Source: Lama guanicoe (Eukaryota). Taken from it: 64,000 bases of DNA. The stretch covers positions 943,015 through 1,007,014 of the forward strand of contig MU054049.1 in NCBI GenBank assembly GCA_013239625.1, given 5' to 3'. Every line of letters begins with the position of its first letter. Within the stretch, counting starts at the first letter, position 1. Made by a program: the position numbers and the translations under genes. Of this stretch, positions 38,360-51,122 are shown piece after piece. The notes beneath the pieces were generated by a model that did no database searches, had not been told where the DNA came from, and saw only the letters and a program-made list of their open reading frames with translations.

Positions 38360-38760
38360 TAAGAGCCCAGACTGTGAAACAAGAGTGCTGGGTTGGAATC
38401 GAGCGTCTTCCTCTTACTTGCTATTTAACCTTGCATGAGTTAATTTCCCTCTCTGTCTCAGTCCCCACGTCTATGGTATGAGCTGTCATACTTCCTAGAT
38501 CAGGAGGTATGCAGTGAGGACCGGATGTTAATACGAGTGAGGGGCTTAGAATTATGTCTGGTTCAGTGTAAGTGCCCTATAAATGTCGGCCACCTCTAAT
38601 TCTTCATCTCTCTGTGCCTCAGTTCTCCTCTGTGTCGAATGGGAATGAAAACAGCGGCTATTTTTTCCAATCGCGGTAACTGAGTTAACACATGCTGAGT
38701 GCTTGGAAGTGGGCCTGCTCAGAGTCACCGCTGTGCACATGCTCACTGTGGCTGTTAGTG
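38360..38760 (+). mobile_element. Two tandem MIR fragments
   Basis: gctaagagcccagactgt...ctgggttggaatc...; ctctgtgcctcagttctcctctgtgtcgaatggga. Confidence 0.7.
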
Positions 38761-40225
38761 ATATTTACTGTTCATAACGTCAGACAAGATGCAGACACTG
38801 CCCTCAAGGAATACCTTGCGTGGCTGGGAAGCAGCTAAGAAAGGAATCCTGAAGGCCAGGACTCAGGTCAAAGTCTCAGCAAGGTCCCTGGGGCACAAAA
38901 CTGCAGGTTCCTCCTGGGCACAGTGAGGGCAGGCCGAGAAAGCCTCCCTGCCCCCCAGTCAGGGTCTGAGAGGACAGCTGTATGGTGTCGTGTCGGACAC
39001 ACCCCCTCCCACCCGGAGCCCCGCCACAACCGGACAGCGGCCCCCTCCCTCCTGCCTCTCCCTTGATACCCACCGAGGCCAGTCACAGGTCTACATCACG
39101 GACCCGAGGCTGCCTCTGCCTTGTGCAAACCCTTCAAAGATGTCTGGTCATTGATACAATATCCCAAACTCCTAAAGGCCTTTCTAACTGGCCACCACCC
39201 TGTCCTTCCAGCCCCGCCTCTCACCCAGCCAACGTTTCCCATCCTGCACTCCTGCTCCCCAGGTCCCACGTGGTCCGAATCACTAAGCACGTTGCCTGAC
39301 TTTGTGTCCCTGTAGCCTCAGCTTGTCGACCGTCTTCCCCAGGTACATACACTCCTCATCTTCCCAGGTCAAGCTCTGATTGCAGGGGGACACCTCTCCC
39401 ATCTCCCAGCCCCCATGGCACTGTGTGTATGCCCAGTAATGATCCAGAGGGATGGGCATTTCTTTTTTCTTGCCCGTGAATTACTGAGACCAAAAAGATA
39501 CTCAGTAAATAATTGGAGAATAAATGCACGAGTGTGTCTGGGTTTACATCGAAACTCAAGAATCGAGGCTCCTGGTGTATAACGGTTTTCTTTGATTATA
39601 TTGTCAAAGGCCGTGGTGGTGGGATTTGTTCCAGATCAGCACATGGATGTCCGCTCTGGCTAGGGATGTTAATAATTACTGTGAGCATTTCTAAAAAGCT
39701 ACAGAGCAGTTTCTGCTTTCATGGGGTATATCTAGTAGGATAAAATAAGACAAACGCCAAAATAATTTTAGTATAAATCAAATGCAGTAAGTGTCCAAGA
39801 TTCTTTTCCAGAACTGCCAGTCTCCATGACTTGGTGGTTACCCTGCATCCTCCCGGAAACCCCGAGCTGCACAGAGAGCGAGGGCCTCTCATGCCCCCCA
39901 TTGTCTCCTTACCGCCCAGTGCGGGCCTGGCACGTCGTGAGTTCACGGAGAGCGCCCGTCACAGATGCAGGGTCTTGAGAGCCACCAAGGTGGCCGACAG
40001 CGCCTGTAGTGGGGGAGTCAAAAAGAGAAAGAGGGTCAGAGGAGGCCTGGAGGACTGGGTTTGCTGAGTTTTTCAGGAAGAGATGGCAGAGGCAAAAAGT
40101 GGCCTGTGAGTGGAATCTATTTACTCAGGTCATATTGACTGAGCACCTCCTGACATCCTGGCACAGGGCCAGGCCAGGGACACAGACAGACAAGTGGGTT
40201 CAGTCCCGCTCTCCGTGGAGCCGCC

Positions 40226-40590
40226 TGTCTGACTTCGTAGATTCAGGCTGCTCTAACAAAGTCCCATAACGGGATGCCTTAGAAACCACAGGAATTTATT
40301 TCTCGTAGTTCTGTAGGCTGCGAAGTTCAAGACCATCGTGCAGGCAGATTCAGTGTCTAGTGAGGACCTGCCTCCTGGTTCATAGATGACCGTCTTTCTG
40401 CTGTGTCCTCACGTGGCAGAAAAGACAAGGGAGCCTTTTGAGGCCTCTTTCATAAGGATGCTAATCCCACTCATGAGGGCTCCATCCTCACGATCTCATC
40501 ACCGCCCAAAGGCCCTGCGTCCTACTACCATCACACTGCAGATTAAGTTTCAACATACGAATTTTGGGGAGACACATTCAGCTGACAGCA
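40226..40590 (-). mobile_element. MLT1A-like MaLR solo LTR
   Basis: attcaggctgctctaacaaagtcccata...ggaatttatttctc...gagggctccatcctca...acacattcag. Confidence 0.88.
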
Positions 40591-41399
40591 TTGTCTAATG
40601 AAGAATGTTATTATCATGAGACATCCAAATACGTTGTGTGGAGAATTAATCAGATTCAGAGATTTGTTGTATGTTTACACATGAAGGCAGAGGAAAAATA
40701 TTTAAAACTCTTCTTATGGCTTAAAGTAGAAAAATCTCAAAGATTGATGTCTTCTGGGAAGGAGAGCCTGGGCAGTAGTAGAGGAGGTGAAGAATGTCAG
40801 GTTTGCATAAAAAGCCAAGGTGATTATTATTTTTTGTCTTCCCTGACTCCACTTTATAAAATAGAACCCCTTTCTTATCTCATCCCTTTCTAGACGGCTT
40901 TTCTTGCTGCATTTTTTCGTAACGTGCACACCTGTTGGTGTGATGTATGTGGACTTGTTGCCATGTTTGTGGTCCACAAGGGCAAGACTGGGTCTGCTAG
41001 TCCATTGCTGCATCCTAAGAGCTCATGGTAGACACTAGGTGTTGAGTAAGGGTTTGTAGAATGAACCAGTGAGTGAAAACAAGGCTCTGTAATTAAGTGG
41101 CTTGCTCAAGAGTGGATTTAATAATTTTTTAGACATTTGCTCTCTATTCATCTGCTGGTTTGCTGATTGCATGTGAGAACATGATGAGAGCCTCACCCTT
41201 TCTGTCTGTTATTGCCACCAAACGTAACATCCTCTTGTCAGACTGACACCCAGACAAGTTTTCTAAGCTGGATTTTCACAGCATGATGAAGGAGGATGGA
41301 GTTCCAGATTAACATTATGAGCACCTGAGGGACTCAGCACAGGTCCCCCCACAGGGCGGGGAGGAGAGGACCATGGCGGGCCAGTGCACAGCAAGCCTG

Positions 41400-42560
41400 G
41401 ATGGAGAGGGAGGGAGGGGGCAGAACTCTTTTGCTCCAGGGAGGGTGGATCTTACCTCAGAGGTGATGAGTGACCAACCATGCAAAGTCTTGGGACAGGG
41501 AAATAGAATGAATGATGCTTTAGAATGGCCTTTGACACCAGTATGGAAGATAGGCTGGAGGGATGAGATGGGAGCAGGAGACAGAGATCGAATCCATCGT
41601 GGTACGAGACCGCATCCCTGACCTGGGGAGATTCGGGGTCTTGGTGAGCTGCGTGAGCAGGTAGCTCAGGAGAATGACCGGTGCTGTGCCCCCGAGTGCG
41701 GCCCGCAGGGAGGGAGAAGACATCTGGGATTTGGTGAGTGTGAACTGTCTGTGAGACTTTAAAGGTGAAATACCAAGTGGGGTGCCCCGCTCTGGAGTTC
41801 AGGGGGGAGCTGGGCGGGGGGTACAGGTGTGAGTCCTCAGTATCACCACGATGGTATTCAGCCCAAGGAAATTGATGAAATAGCCAAAGAGAAGGAGTAG
41901 GGAAAGGAGAGAAGAGGACGGAGGAGGAGCATTGAGGGGTTCACCAGGGAGAGCCTGGAAATAGGGTGAGAACTCAACCAAGGGGGTTGAGAAGAAAGAG
42001 GGAAGAGAAACCAAAGAAACATTTTCTCCAGGAATTTGAAAAAAGGTGTTTTGAGAAGGTGGGCATGGTCAGACAATGCTAAATGGTGATAAATAATCCC
42101 TCAAACTAAGGACAGAGATGTCTCTGTTGGATTTGGCTCCTGGAAGGCACTGGTGACCTTTCTAAGGCAGGTGGACAGGAGGAGGCAGCCGCCAACTGAA
42201 GGGGGTTGAAGAGAAAACTTGACATGAGGACGTGGAGCCAAAGAGTGTCGGCAGTGCTTTCTAGAAGTTTACCTACAAAAAGGGGTAGAGAAATGGGGCC
42301 CGAACTAGAGGGATTGGGGGGGTCAAAGGAGGATTAATTTCAAGAGGAGACCTACTAGGGCTTATTTGTCGGGAAGGACGTAACAGACAAGAGAAAGATG
42401 GATGAATCCGGGAGAGAAGAGTTATCCCCAGGAGAAGGCGAGGGGTGGGTTCCAGAGGCCGGGTGAGTGGAAGCCCTGCTTATGACGGGAAGGACTGCGC
42501 TGCAGGTGCTCGTGGACCTGGTGGTAAAGAGCTGAGAGTGTTTGTGTCTGGTGGGGTCTA
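41400..42560 (-). mobile_element. L2 fragment(s)
   Basis: Purine-rich L2 body: ggaagataggctggaggg..., ttggatttggc...ctggtgacctt..., ctagagggattggggggg. Confidence 0.65.
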
Positions 42561-42862
42561 AATTCTCAGCTGTGTGCTGGGCTGGGTGGTGGAGGGGAAG
42601 GGAGAGGAGGTGAGAGCATCATATTTAGGATGAGGAAGACCAGCCTCTGAGAAAAACAGTCGGACTTCAGGCCAAACTGAGTACCAGTCTGACATTTGAC
42701 ACTATTGATGTACAGTGAAACCTGTTGGCCCGAGTGATTTTTCTCAAGCAACTTTCACCCGTCCTAATGATGTCCTGGCGGGGAGGGAGGAGTGGCCAGA
42801 TTTCACATATGCCAAAGAAGTGGCTGGAACCGTCTGAAAAGATATTATTTGCCGATCACAAT

Positions 42863-43234
42863 TGTCCTAGTCAGTTTGGGCTGCTGTAACAGGAGACCAT
42901 AGACCGGGGGGCGCTTATGAACTGCAGAAATGAATTTTGTCATTGTTCCGGAGTCCGGGAAGTCCAAGGTCAGGGTGCCAGCGTGAGGCTGAGTGAGGAC
43001 CCTCTTTCTGGATGCAGATGGCCAGCTTCTCCTTGTACCCTCAGGTGGCAGAGCAGAGAGAGGAAGCACACTCTCTTGTGACTCTCATAACGGCCCTAGT
43101 CCCGTCCACGAGCACTCCCCCACCTCATCTAATGGTAATTACATCCCAAAGGACCCACCTCTAAATACCGTCACATTGGGGGATAGGGTTTCAGCCTATG
43201 ACTTTTGGGAGGAACAAACATTCAGTCCATCACA
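42863..43234 (-). mobile_element. MLT1A/B-like MaLR solo LTR
   Basis: tgtcctagtcagtttgggctgctgtaac...ttttgggaggaacaaacattcagtccatcaca; flanks acaat/acaag resemble a 5-bp TSD. Confidence 0.9.
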
Positions 43235-43975
43235 ACAAGTGAGACCTAATGGCACCTTGAAAGAATGGGTCTGAGGGGACAGGGAGAAGGGTGCACTGTG
43301 TCATATCCAGGCGTAGGGAACTGAGCTGTGGGTGAGCTGAGCTGAGACTCCGGGTAAAGCGGTTGAGAACCCAGATGCCAGTGGATGGCGGGGCAGCCTG
43401 ACTTGTGTGTGAGTGGGGTCAACAGAGACATGCGGCTAGGTGAGCTCCCTCTTGCTGGTCTCTGAGAGGAGTGTGGGTCACTGGGGTCCCGTGCCTGCAT
43501 CCCGGTGTGGATGCCTGCATGTTGCAGGTTTCCCAGGGTCCTGCACAGCAGAATAGCACGTCTGGTGGCTGCAGCCTGAAGTGAGGCTGAGGTAGCTGGG
43601 CTCACAGGCACATGGTGGCTTCCGAGGGATACAGTAGCATGTACGGGATGGGTATGAATGTAGGAGCCAGTAAAGGCAAATGAGAAAAGCACCCAGGACG
43701 CAGTAGGAAACTAGGAGAGAGCAGCATCCTGGAAATGTGGAAGATTCAGGAAGGAGCCGGGGGTCCCTAGAGAGAGGTCAGGCTGCACGAGGACTCAGGG
43801 ACACTGGCAGGAAAGCAGCCACAGAAGCTGGTGTGTGTTTTCCTTCTGAGAATGGGGAACGGAGAGGGGAGCGCCAGAGAGCAGGGCGTTCTCAGCAACA
43901 GGCAGGTGAGGGAGAGAGACCGGTGCAGATGCATTCATGACGAATCTGCTTTTTAAAAAATTTTCAATTTTTTAA

Positions 43976-44145
43976 TTTAATCTAATTTTTTCTTATTTAG
44001 GTATAGTCAGTTTACAATGTTGTGTCAATTTCTGGTGCACAGCGCAATGTCATACATGGATATACATATATTCACTTTCATATTCTTTTTCACCATGAGC
44101 TACTACAAAATATAGAATATATTTCCCTGTGCTATACAGTATAAA
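43976..44145 (-). mobile_element. Short young L1 3' stub abutting the exon 12/19 acceptor
   Basis: ttaggtatagtcagtttacaatgttgtgtcaatttctggtg...ttccctgtgctatacagtataa. Confidence 0.85.
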
Positions 44146-44168
44146 CAATTTTTTTTTAACCTTTTCAG

Positions 44169-44321
44169 ATAATGGCGTTTCTCTTGAGGAAGAAGACCTC
44201 TTTCCTAAACCATCGCATCTTTCAGCTGATCCTGTCCATCGCTGGCACTGCAGAACTGGGTTTTGGGTCGTCTGTGATCACCAACGTGGGCGTCTTCCAG
44301 CACATCCTCTGCAATTTTGAG
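44169..44321 (+). CDS. WDFY4: WDFY4 exon 12/19 (IMAFLLRKKTSFLNHRIFQLILSIAGT...FQHILCNFE)
   Basis: Acceptor aaccttttcag, donor GAG|gtaaac. 153 nt, phase 0->0. Confidence 0.96.
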
Positions 44322-46089
44322 GTAAACTGGAGACTGGTCATTAGCCCTAAAGGAGCATGTGTGATGGTGCAGAAAGCCTGGTGTTTCCTCTAGACCCAGC
44401 AGGGCAGCTTCCTCCAACGTCAAGATGGTAGTGAGAGAGGAAACCACAAAGGCTTTGGTGCTCAGAGGCCCTGATTTATAATTAACTCCTACCACTAATG
44501 GGCTGTGTGGCCTCAGGCAAGTGTCATGACTTCTCTGAGTTTTAGTCTTCTATATGAAATGGAGACCATCACCACTCCCTCACAGGCTGGTGTGGGAGTC
44601 AAATCAGATATTATCCAGAAAAGGTTTTTAAAGTTGTAAGCTTCCATGTTTTTGAGATTTTAAGAAGTACCACTTCCTTTGGAAGGTGCTTTGCTGTTTA
44701 TAAATCCAAGTTTATAAATGAGTGAAAGATGCTGAGGGCATATATGAGACTAAGTGGGGAGGACTGCACAGAGCTGGGGGTGGATAGAAGCATTCACGAA
44801 GCTTCATTTCCTGAGTGACCACTGGGGTCCGGCACCGGTGTATGTCCTGGAGGCATGGTGATAACTGGGACCCAGACCCTCCACCCAGCTGCCTGGGCCT
44901 GGGACATGACAAAGGTGATGCTACAAGGTGCTGGGTGCCAGTAAGGGAGGCACGGGGCATCTGGGGAGTGGGAGGAGTGGACAGTCAGCTCAGCTCTACA
45001 GCTCAGTGCTCTGGGGCTCAGTCTGGCAGGATGCGTTCAGTGTGGGACCATCCCAAGTGGAGTGGATGCTGTTTACCCACATGTGGGGATGAGACCAACC
45101 ATGGGCACTTGAGAGCAGGTGGCTAGGGGCGCCTGCACGGGTGCTGTTGCGGGTAGAGGTGAGGCTGGAGGAAGGGGGAGAGAAGACAGGCAGAAGATGT
45201 GAACTTGCAGGATGTGCAGTTTAGCTGGTACCTGCTGGAGTCTGCTCAAGGGTTTTAAACATGATTTTTTTAGTTAAAAGATAATATATGCTTATTATAG
45301 AATATTTTTAATTACAGAAAAAAATGGAAGACAAACACTGATTTTTGAGATCTAGACAATTATTGTTAACTTTGACTGCATCCCTTTTTTGGTACTTTTT
45401 ATGCATTATATATATATACCCATACACATACACACACATACATACATACATATATATACATATATTTTATTATAGTCACAATCATAGTGTAGGTATTATT
45501 TTGAAATCTTGCCTTTCTCACATAATATAAGCATTAAACAATTTTTTTATTAGACTCTTGCAAGCATTGTTCTGAGGTCAGAACAATAATCTGTCTTACA
45601 GAGAGTTCCTCATCTCTTCATCATTCCCCTACTGTCAGATTCTTAGATTATTCCTTTATTTGTTGTTATGAATGAATGCTAACAGAGGCTGGACTTTTGT
45701 GCACACACATCCTCCACTTTTAAAACGATTCCCTTAGAAGAAATGATCAAAGTTGAATGATTAGGATAAAGGCTTTCTAAACAATTTTTAGACTGTTGGT
45801 AAATTTTGCTAAGTAGCCGATACCTAAGGATGTTAACTAAAGAATGACATGTTAGAATTTTATTTTAGGTCTATTACTCTGATGGCAAGAGCTCCAGGCA
45901 GGGAGATTGCTGCAGAAATCTAGGTGGAAGATTCTGAAACCTGAATTGTGGCAAAGGCAGTGGGATAAAGAGGACGATCAGTAAGTGTCACAGTTCAGGT
46001 TAGAAGCGATTGGGAACCGAATGGCAAGAAAAACACTATATAGCAAAACAAGGAAGGGGTCTAAATTTGTCTGTACTTGCAGGAAAATT

Positions 46090-46860
46090 TGTAGTCACTG
46101 ATGTATGTATGAGAAAAGGGAACGTTTTAAATTAATCAACAGAGGCTGCAGATCAAGAAGTTAGAATAATCAAGGGGGGAAAAAAGCAAAAACAAAGACA
46201 CAAAAAACCAAACAAAAACAAAATTCAGAGAAAGAAGGAAGGAAAAATAAAAATGAGAACATAAATTAATTAAATAGGAAAGAAAACAAGCCTACAGAGG
46301 ATTAACAAGGCCAGTGACTGGTTCTGGTAAAACATACAAACCTGTTGAGATTGGTCAAGAAAAAAAGATGAGAGGCACAAGTAAATTCTATCAGGAAGGA
46401 GAAGGGAAGACTAACCACAGAAGAACGAGCAGTTAGAAAGAGAACCAAAAAAATGCGATCGGCAACTGTGTGCGATAAATGTGAACACAAAGCTCATTTG
46501 AATAATGTCCAAGAAAATTTATTTCCAAAACTCACTCAAGGAGAAATACGAAACTCAAATGGTCCCATAACCATCAAATGAATGGAATCACGGGTTTGAA
46601 ATCTTACAAACAAACAACATTCACAAAGAAAGTTCAGGCCCAGGGCGTCTATAAGAAGGTTCTACCAGTCAGGAAACAGGCCATTCCAGCCTTATAAACT
46701 CTTCCAGAAAATTGAGAAGGGACCTCTCCCAGATTCTTTTATGAGCTAATCTTAATACCAGAACCAGAAAAAATAGTATGGGAAGTGAAAAATTACAGGT
46801 CAATCTTACTCATAAATAAAGCTCCAAAAATTGTTAATAAAATGTGATCTAATTGGACCA
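46090..46860 (+). mobile_element. Ancient sense L1 ORF2 fragment
   Basis: A-rich; ttccaaaactcactcaaggagaaata..., caggcccag..., ctcttccagaaaattgag..., taataccagaaccaga. Confidence 0.75.
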
Positions 46861-47711
46861 GGCCAGGATGAACACCCTGGTCCTGGAACTGAAGATAGAC
46901 TCAGGGTCTGAGCTATGGGCTCCCTGTGCACAGCAGGGAAGGAGATTTGCACAGAGGGCTTTACCACGCTGATATACAAGACAGCCTGCCTTGGCTGCAT
47001 AGCTGCTGCTTCTAAAATGCTGCGGCCTTGCTCAGGCAGCTTGGCTCCATGGCATCCTTGTACCAGCCCAGCCCAGGAATTGTCTGTGCAGGAATCCACC
47101 ATGCTCCCACTGCCTGCTCCTGGAACCACCCTAGGCAGCACCCTGTCCCCTCTCGGAGTAAATGAACTGAGCTGAGTGGGTGCTTTTAAAGCTGAAGTTA
47201 AGAAAATAAGCATCCAATAAAAATCCACAAAAAAGAGATGCTAAAAAATAGCCCACAATAAAATGAAATGAAATAGAATGTTAGAAAGATTGAGCGGAGA
47301 GAATTTCAGTAGGAAGAAGGGCTTCTCCAATGTCTGCCTACATCAAGTACAGTAAGGGCAGGGACGTGTGCGTTGTGTTTGGAGGTCACTACCAGGCCTA
47401 GGAAAGAGTAAATAGCGGGGTCAGCCTGAGGTGAAGAGTGGAGAGCAGGCTAGACGTAGACAGTCAGTAGGCTTTGGAAAAAAAAAAAAAAGAGGAAAAT
47501 AGAGGGGGGAGAGTTTCAGGAATTAAGATAGGAGAATTGAGTCTGATTGTAGGCTGAGGAAGGGGAAACAGTGAAAAGAGAGTGATCAGAGTACCAGTGG
47601 GAGAATCAGCTACTGATGGGGCAGGTCCTTAGAGGAGAGGGAGAATTTGGAGATCAGAGTGGGTTATAGGATAAGGGGTGGGATCCTTGATGACTAATGT
47701 GAAGCAGGGAA

Positions 47712-47804
47712 GGCAGAAAGCTGAGAAGCTGGAAGGGGCAGGAAGCTGAGAAGCTGGAAGGGGCAGGAAGCTGAGAAGCTGGAACGGGCAGGAAGTTGAG
47801 AAGC
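47712..47804. repeat. 25-bp minisatellite, about 3.7 copies (GGCAGGAAGCTGAGAAGCTGGAAGG)
   Basis: Units start at 47712, 47737, 47762 and 47787, with at most 1 mismatch each. Confidence 0.95.
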
Positions 47805-49784
47805 AAAGAGAAACAGGAAGTTGAAGTCATTCAGATCTTAGGCTTTTGGTCTTTTGAAGAAAGGACAGGCCAGCTCTTTCTGAGAATGAGATCGTCCGAA
47901 GGTGGGGAGAGAACAGAATTTGACACATTTGATATTCAAACAATTGTAATCCAGATGTCTTAAATGCAGTCTTTAGCACAGGGCAACAACCAAAAGATTC
48001 AATTATGCATGTTTTCCAAAATTCAGACAATTGGTGTTATGTTACACAAAGTAATTTCTAGAAGGGCTAGGCAGCCTCAGGTGTGCTGTGGCAACTTCTC
48101 ATTGTTCTAACACTCTGGAAAATAAATTGGGAGGAAGGGTACGCTTTTGTGGGAAGGATAAGGGGTGTGGTGGGGTTCCTGCCTGCCTTTTTCAGCTCTC
48201 CCAGCTCCCATCCCAGAGCCTGCTGTTTCATTTGTTCAACGACTCCCTTCATGAATGAGTATTCCAAGTGTGCAGAGCTCTTGGCGTCCTCTTGGGTATG
48301 TTGGGGTGCCATGCCTGGCTCCCCCCAGCTCCCCGGGAGCCACATGGATCCACCCCAGCTCTCTCCAGTGGTAGTCGCCCTACGTCTGTGTGTAGCAGGC
48401 AGTGGCTGTGCTTCCGGGGCTGGAACTCTGTCAGCCTGTTTCTGGCTTAAAAGTGATCCACTTGTCTTACTCTGGTTTACCTTCTCTTTTAAGAAATGTA
48501 ATGGATCCTTATTAAGTGCCCACTGTGTGGCCTGCACGGTGCCGGGCCCTGGGGACTGAAGAGGGACAGTCTCTGCCTTCCTGATAAACTTGTGTCCGGG
48601 GAGGCTCTTTTGCTTCCCCTTGTAAGTAAAGGGATGGAGTCACGGCCACCTGCTTGGTCGTGAGAGGCTGATTATTGACCCTCTGAGCCACGGTCTGCAG
48701 GAGGTGCCTGTGGGGGAACACAGCGAGGAGGCACGAGAGTGGGCTCCGTGGTCAGACAGCCCAGGCTTTGAGGCCCGTCACTGCCAATTAAAAACCGAGG
48801 GGCGCCAGACAAGTTACTTAGTCGCTCTGAGCCTCCCTGTTCTTATCTAGTAATTGCAGAAAATGATAGCATTTTAGGACTTTGTATGATGCTTCTTGCC
48901 TCCAGCAAATGGTATCATTTGTAAGTGCGAGCCCTTTTGGCTGCTCTGTGAGTGCATTCTTATAATCCCGCGTCTGAACCTTCTAGATCTGGGCCTTAGG
49001 AAATGTCAGTATTTAGATGAGAAATAGCAGGGCTTTCTAAAGGGAAGGAGAAGTGAGACGTGAAGGTGCGCCACCACCTTTGCCCCAGGAGGGTGGGAAG
49101 CAGCTAACATTCCGTTTACGGTAGATGCAAACAGCTCGCGTGATAAAACCTCACTTTCAGAAGCTCAGTGCGTTTCCCGCCTGCGGGTCACTCCCAATTC
49201 TGTTGTACAGCAGATGGGAGCGGGGGCTTGCAGCAGGTTCTCCAGGTCGGGGGCCTGAAGAAATTGCATGCACTGGTCGGCTGTGTAGTTGCATGAACCC
49301 TGAGAGGTGAGACCCAGCTTCTGATTCCAGCCCTGTCACTTGCTGGTGTTGAGAGGGACCTGTCACTCAGTGGTCTGTCTCAGCCTCGAGTTTCTCATCT
49401 CTAAATTGGGAACGCTGGTAATTGCCTGGTAGGATCCAGTGAGAATGAGACGTGTTTGGTGTGTGGACACCCAGGCTGCGGGGCCCAGGGTGCGACACCC
49501 GGAGGGGGTGGTTAGTGCTGGTGTCCTTGGTTGGAATCTAGACTCACAGTAAAGCTCTAGACAGCAGCAGAGATGGGGGAAGACAGGAAGGACAGCTGAG
49601 CTTTCCCCTGGGGGAGGCGTCCTCTACCGTCTAGCTGTCAGGAGAGCTAGGCTGATTCCAGAGCTGGTAAGTTGCACTAGTGATGCCAAGCCAAGCAGAC
49701 CACCCCCGGCACCCCACCTGCTCACACTGCCTGGAAACCCTTCTTCCCGCGCGCCTTGGTTTCACTGTGTGTTCCATCTTCCAG

Positions 49785-49858
49785 CTCTGGATGAACGCTG
49801 CGGACAACTTGGAGCTCTCCCTCTTTTCCCATCTTGTGGAAATACTTCAGTCACCAAG
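49785..49858 (+). CDS. WDFY4: WDFY4 exon 13/19 (LWMNAADNLELSLFSHLVEILQSP(R))
   Basis: Acceptor ccatcttccag, donor AG|gtaggc. 74 nt, phase 0->2. Confidence 0.95.
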
Positions 49859-49986
49859 GTAGGCTAAGGACTGGAACCGAAGGCTTCATGCTGAGGACAG
49901 GGGTTGAGAGGGCAGGACCGCTGGTGGCTCAGCAGCCACGTCTGCCCCCACTCCCAGAGCATTGGGTCCCCTGACCACGGCATGTC

Positions 49987-50293
49987 TGTCTTAATCTGCT
50001 CAGGCTGCTGGGACAGAAATTCCATAGACTGGGTGGTTTACAAATCACAGAAACTTACTTCTCATAGTTCCGGAGGCTGGAAGTCTAAGATCAAGGCTCT
50101 GGCAGGTTCAGTGTCTGGTGGGGACCTGCTTCCTGGTTCATAGTTGGCCGTCTTCTCACTGCAACCTCACATGGCAGAAGGGGTGGGGGGCACTCTGGTG
50201 TCCTTTATAAGGACACTAATCCCATTTGTGAGGGCTCCACCCTCATGACCTAAGCATCTCTCGAAGGCCCCACCTCCAAATACCGTCACATTG
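49987..50293 (-). mobile_element. MLT1A-like MaLR LTR (truncated), followed by an older MLT1J/K-like LTR to about 50740
   Basis: tgtcttaatctgctcaggctgct...ggaggctggaagtctaagatcaagg...aaggccccacctccaaatacc; then attagggctcttttgatagcaagtggcagaaa. Confidence 0.85.
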
Positions 50294-51122
50294 AACATCA
50301 CTTTTTGAATTAGGGCTCTTTTGATAGCAAGTGGCAGAAAGACAACTGAAACCAACTTAAGGAAGGAAGAAAGGGAGGGGAAAAGGAAGGAAAAAGGAGG
50401 GGAGAAAGGAAGGTGGAGAGAGAGGACACTTCTTGGCTCACACAACTGAGTGAGGCAGGTCTTCACGTGTTGTCTAGGTGGTGCTCACACTCCTTTATCT
50501 GAGATCTGCCCCTGATTTTGTCTCCACTTGCTCCCCTGCTCTTAGAGCACTCAGAGCACGTCCTCTGCTCAACGCAGTCAGAAGAGAGGGCTTCTTTTTC
50601 ACACAATACGCCTAGCAATAGGATGGAGTCCCATGGGGCCATCCTGGGTCAGGTGTCCAGGCCAGGAGCATGGCTTGCCCTCTGGAGTGGGTGCAGGGCG
50701 GTTAGAAAGAGGTAGTTCCCAAAGAAAGCCAGGGGCTGTGACCAGAAGGAAGGCAAGGAAGCCAGCCTATCAACCCACCTCCTTCCTTGCACACTGGGCT
50801 GTTCACACCCACCTCCACCTGCCTCCTCACCAGTCAGCCATTCTAGAAATCATTAATACCTTGGTGCTGCAACCATGTTTTCATTCAGCCGCTCATAATT
50901 GACCAACTATTATAAACCCACTCCGTTTCACACTAGTTCTTAGTGCTGGAAGTTCGGAGAAGGATAAGGCACAGTCCTGTGGAGAAGGAACACAGAAAAG
51001 TGGGCTGCTCAGGGATAAGAAAGAGCACAAGATGGTGGGGATTTACAGGTGATGCACGCATATTTTTCCCACTGAGCCTGTGAATGCAAGTCACACACAG
51101 AACTGGGCTGGTTCTGCCTCCG

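Noticed and set aside
46781..46790. Second GGAAGTGAAA (EICE) match
   Set aside because: It lies inside A-rich ancient L1 ORF2 sequence with no supporting motifs, so it is likely chance. The ISRE-like TTTCAGTTTC at 9040-9049 in an L1 fossil was rejected likewise.
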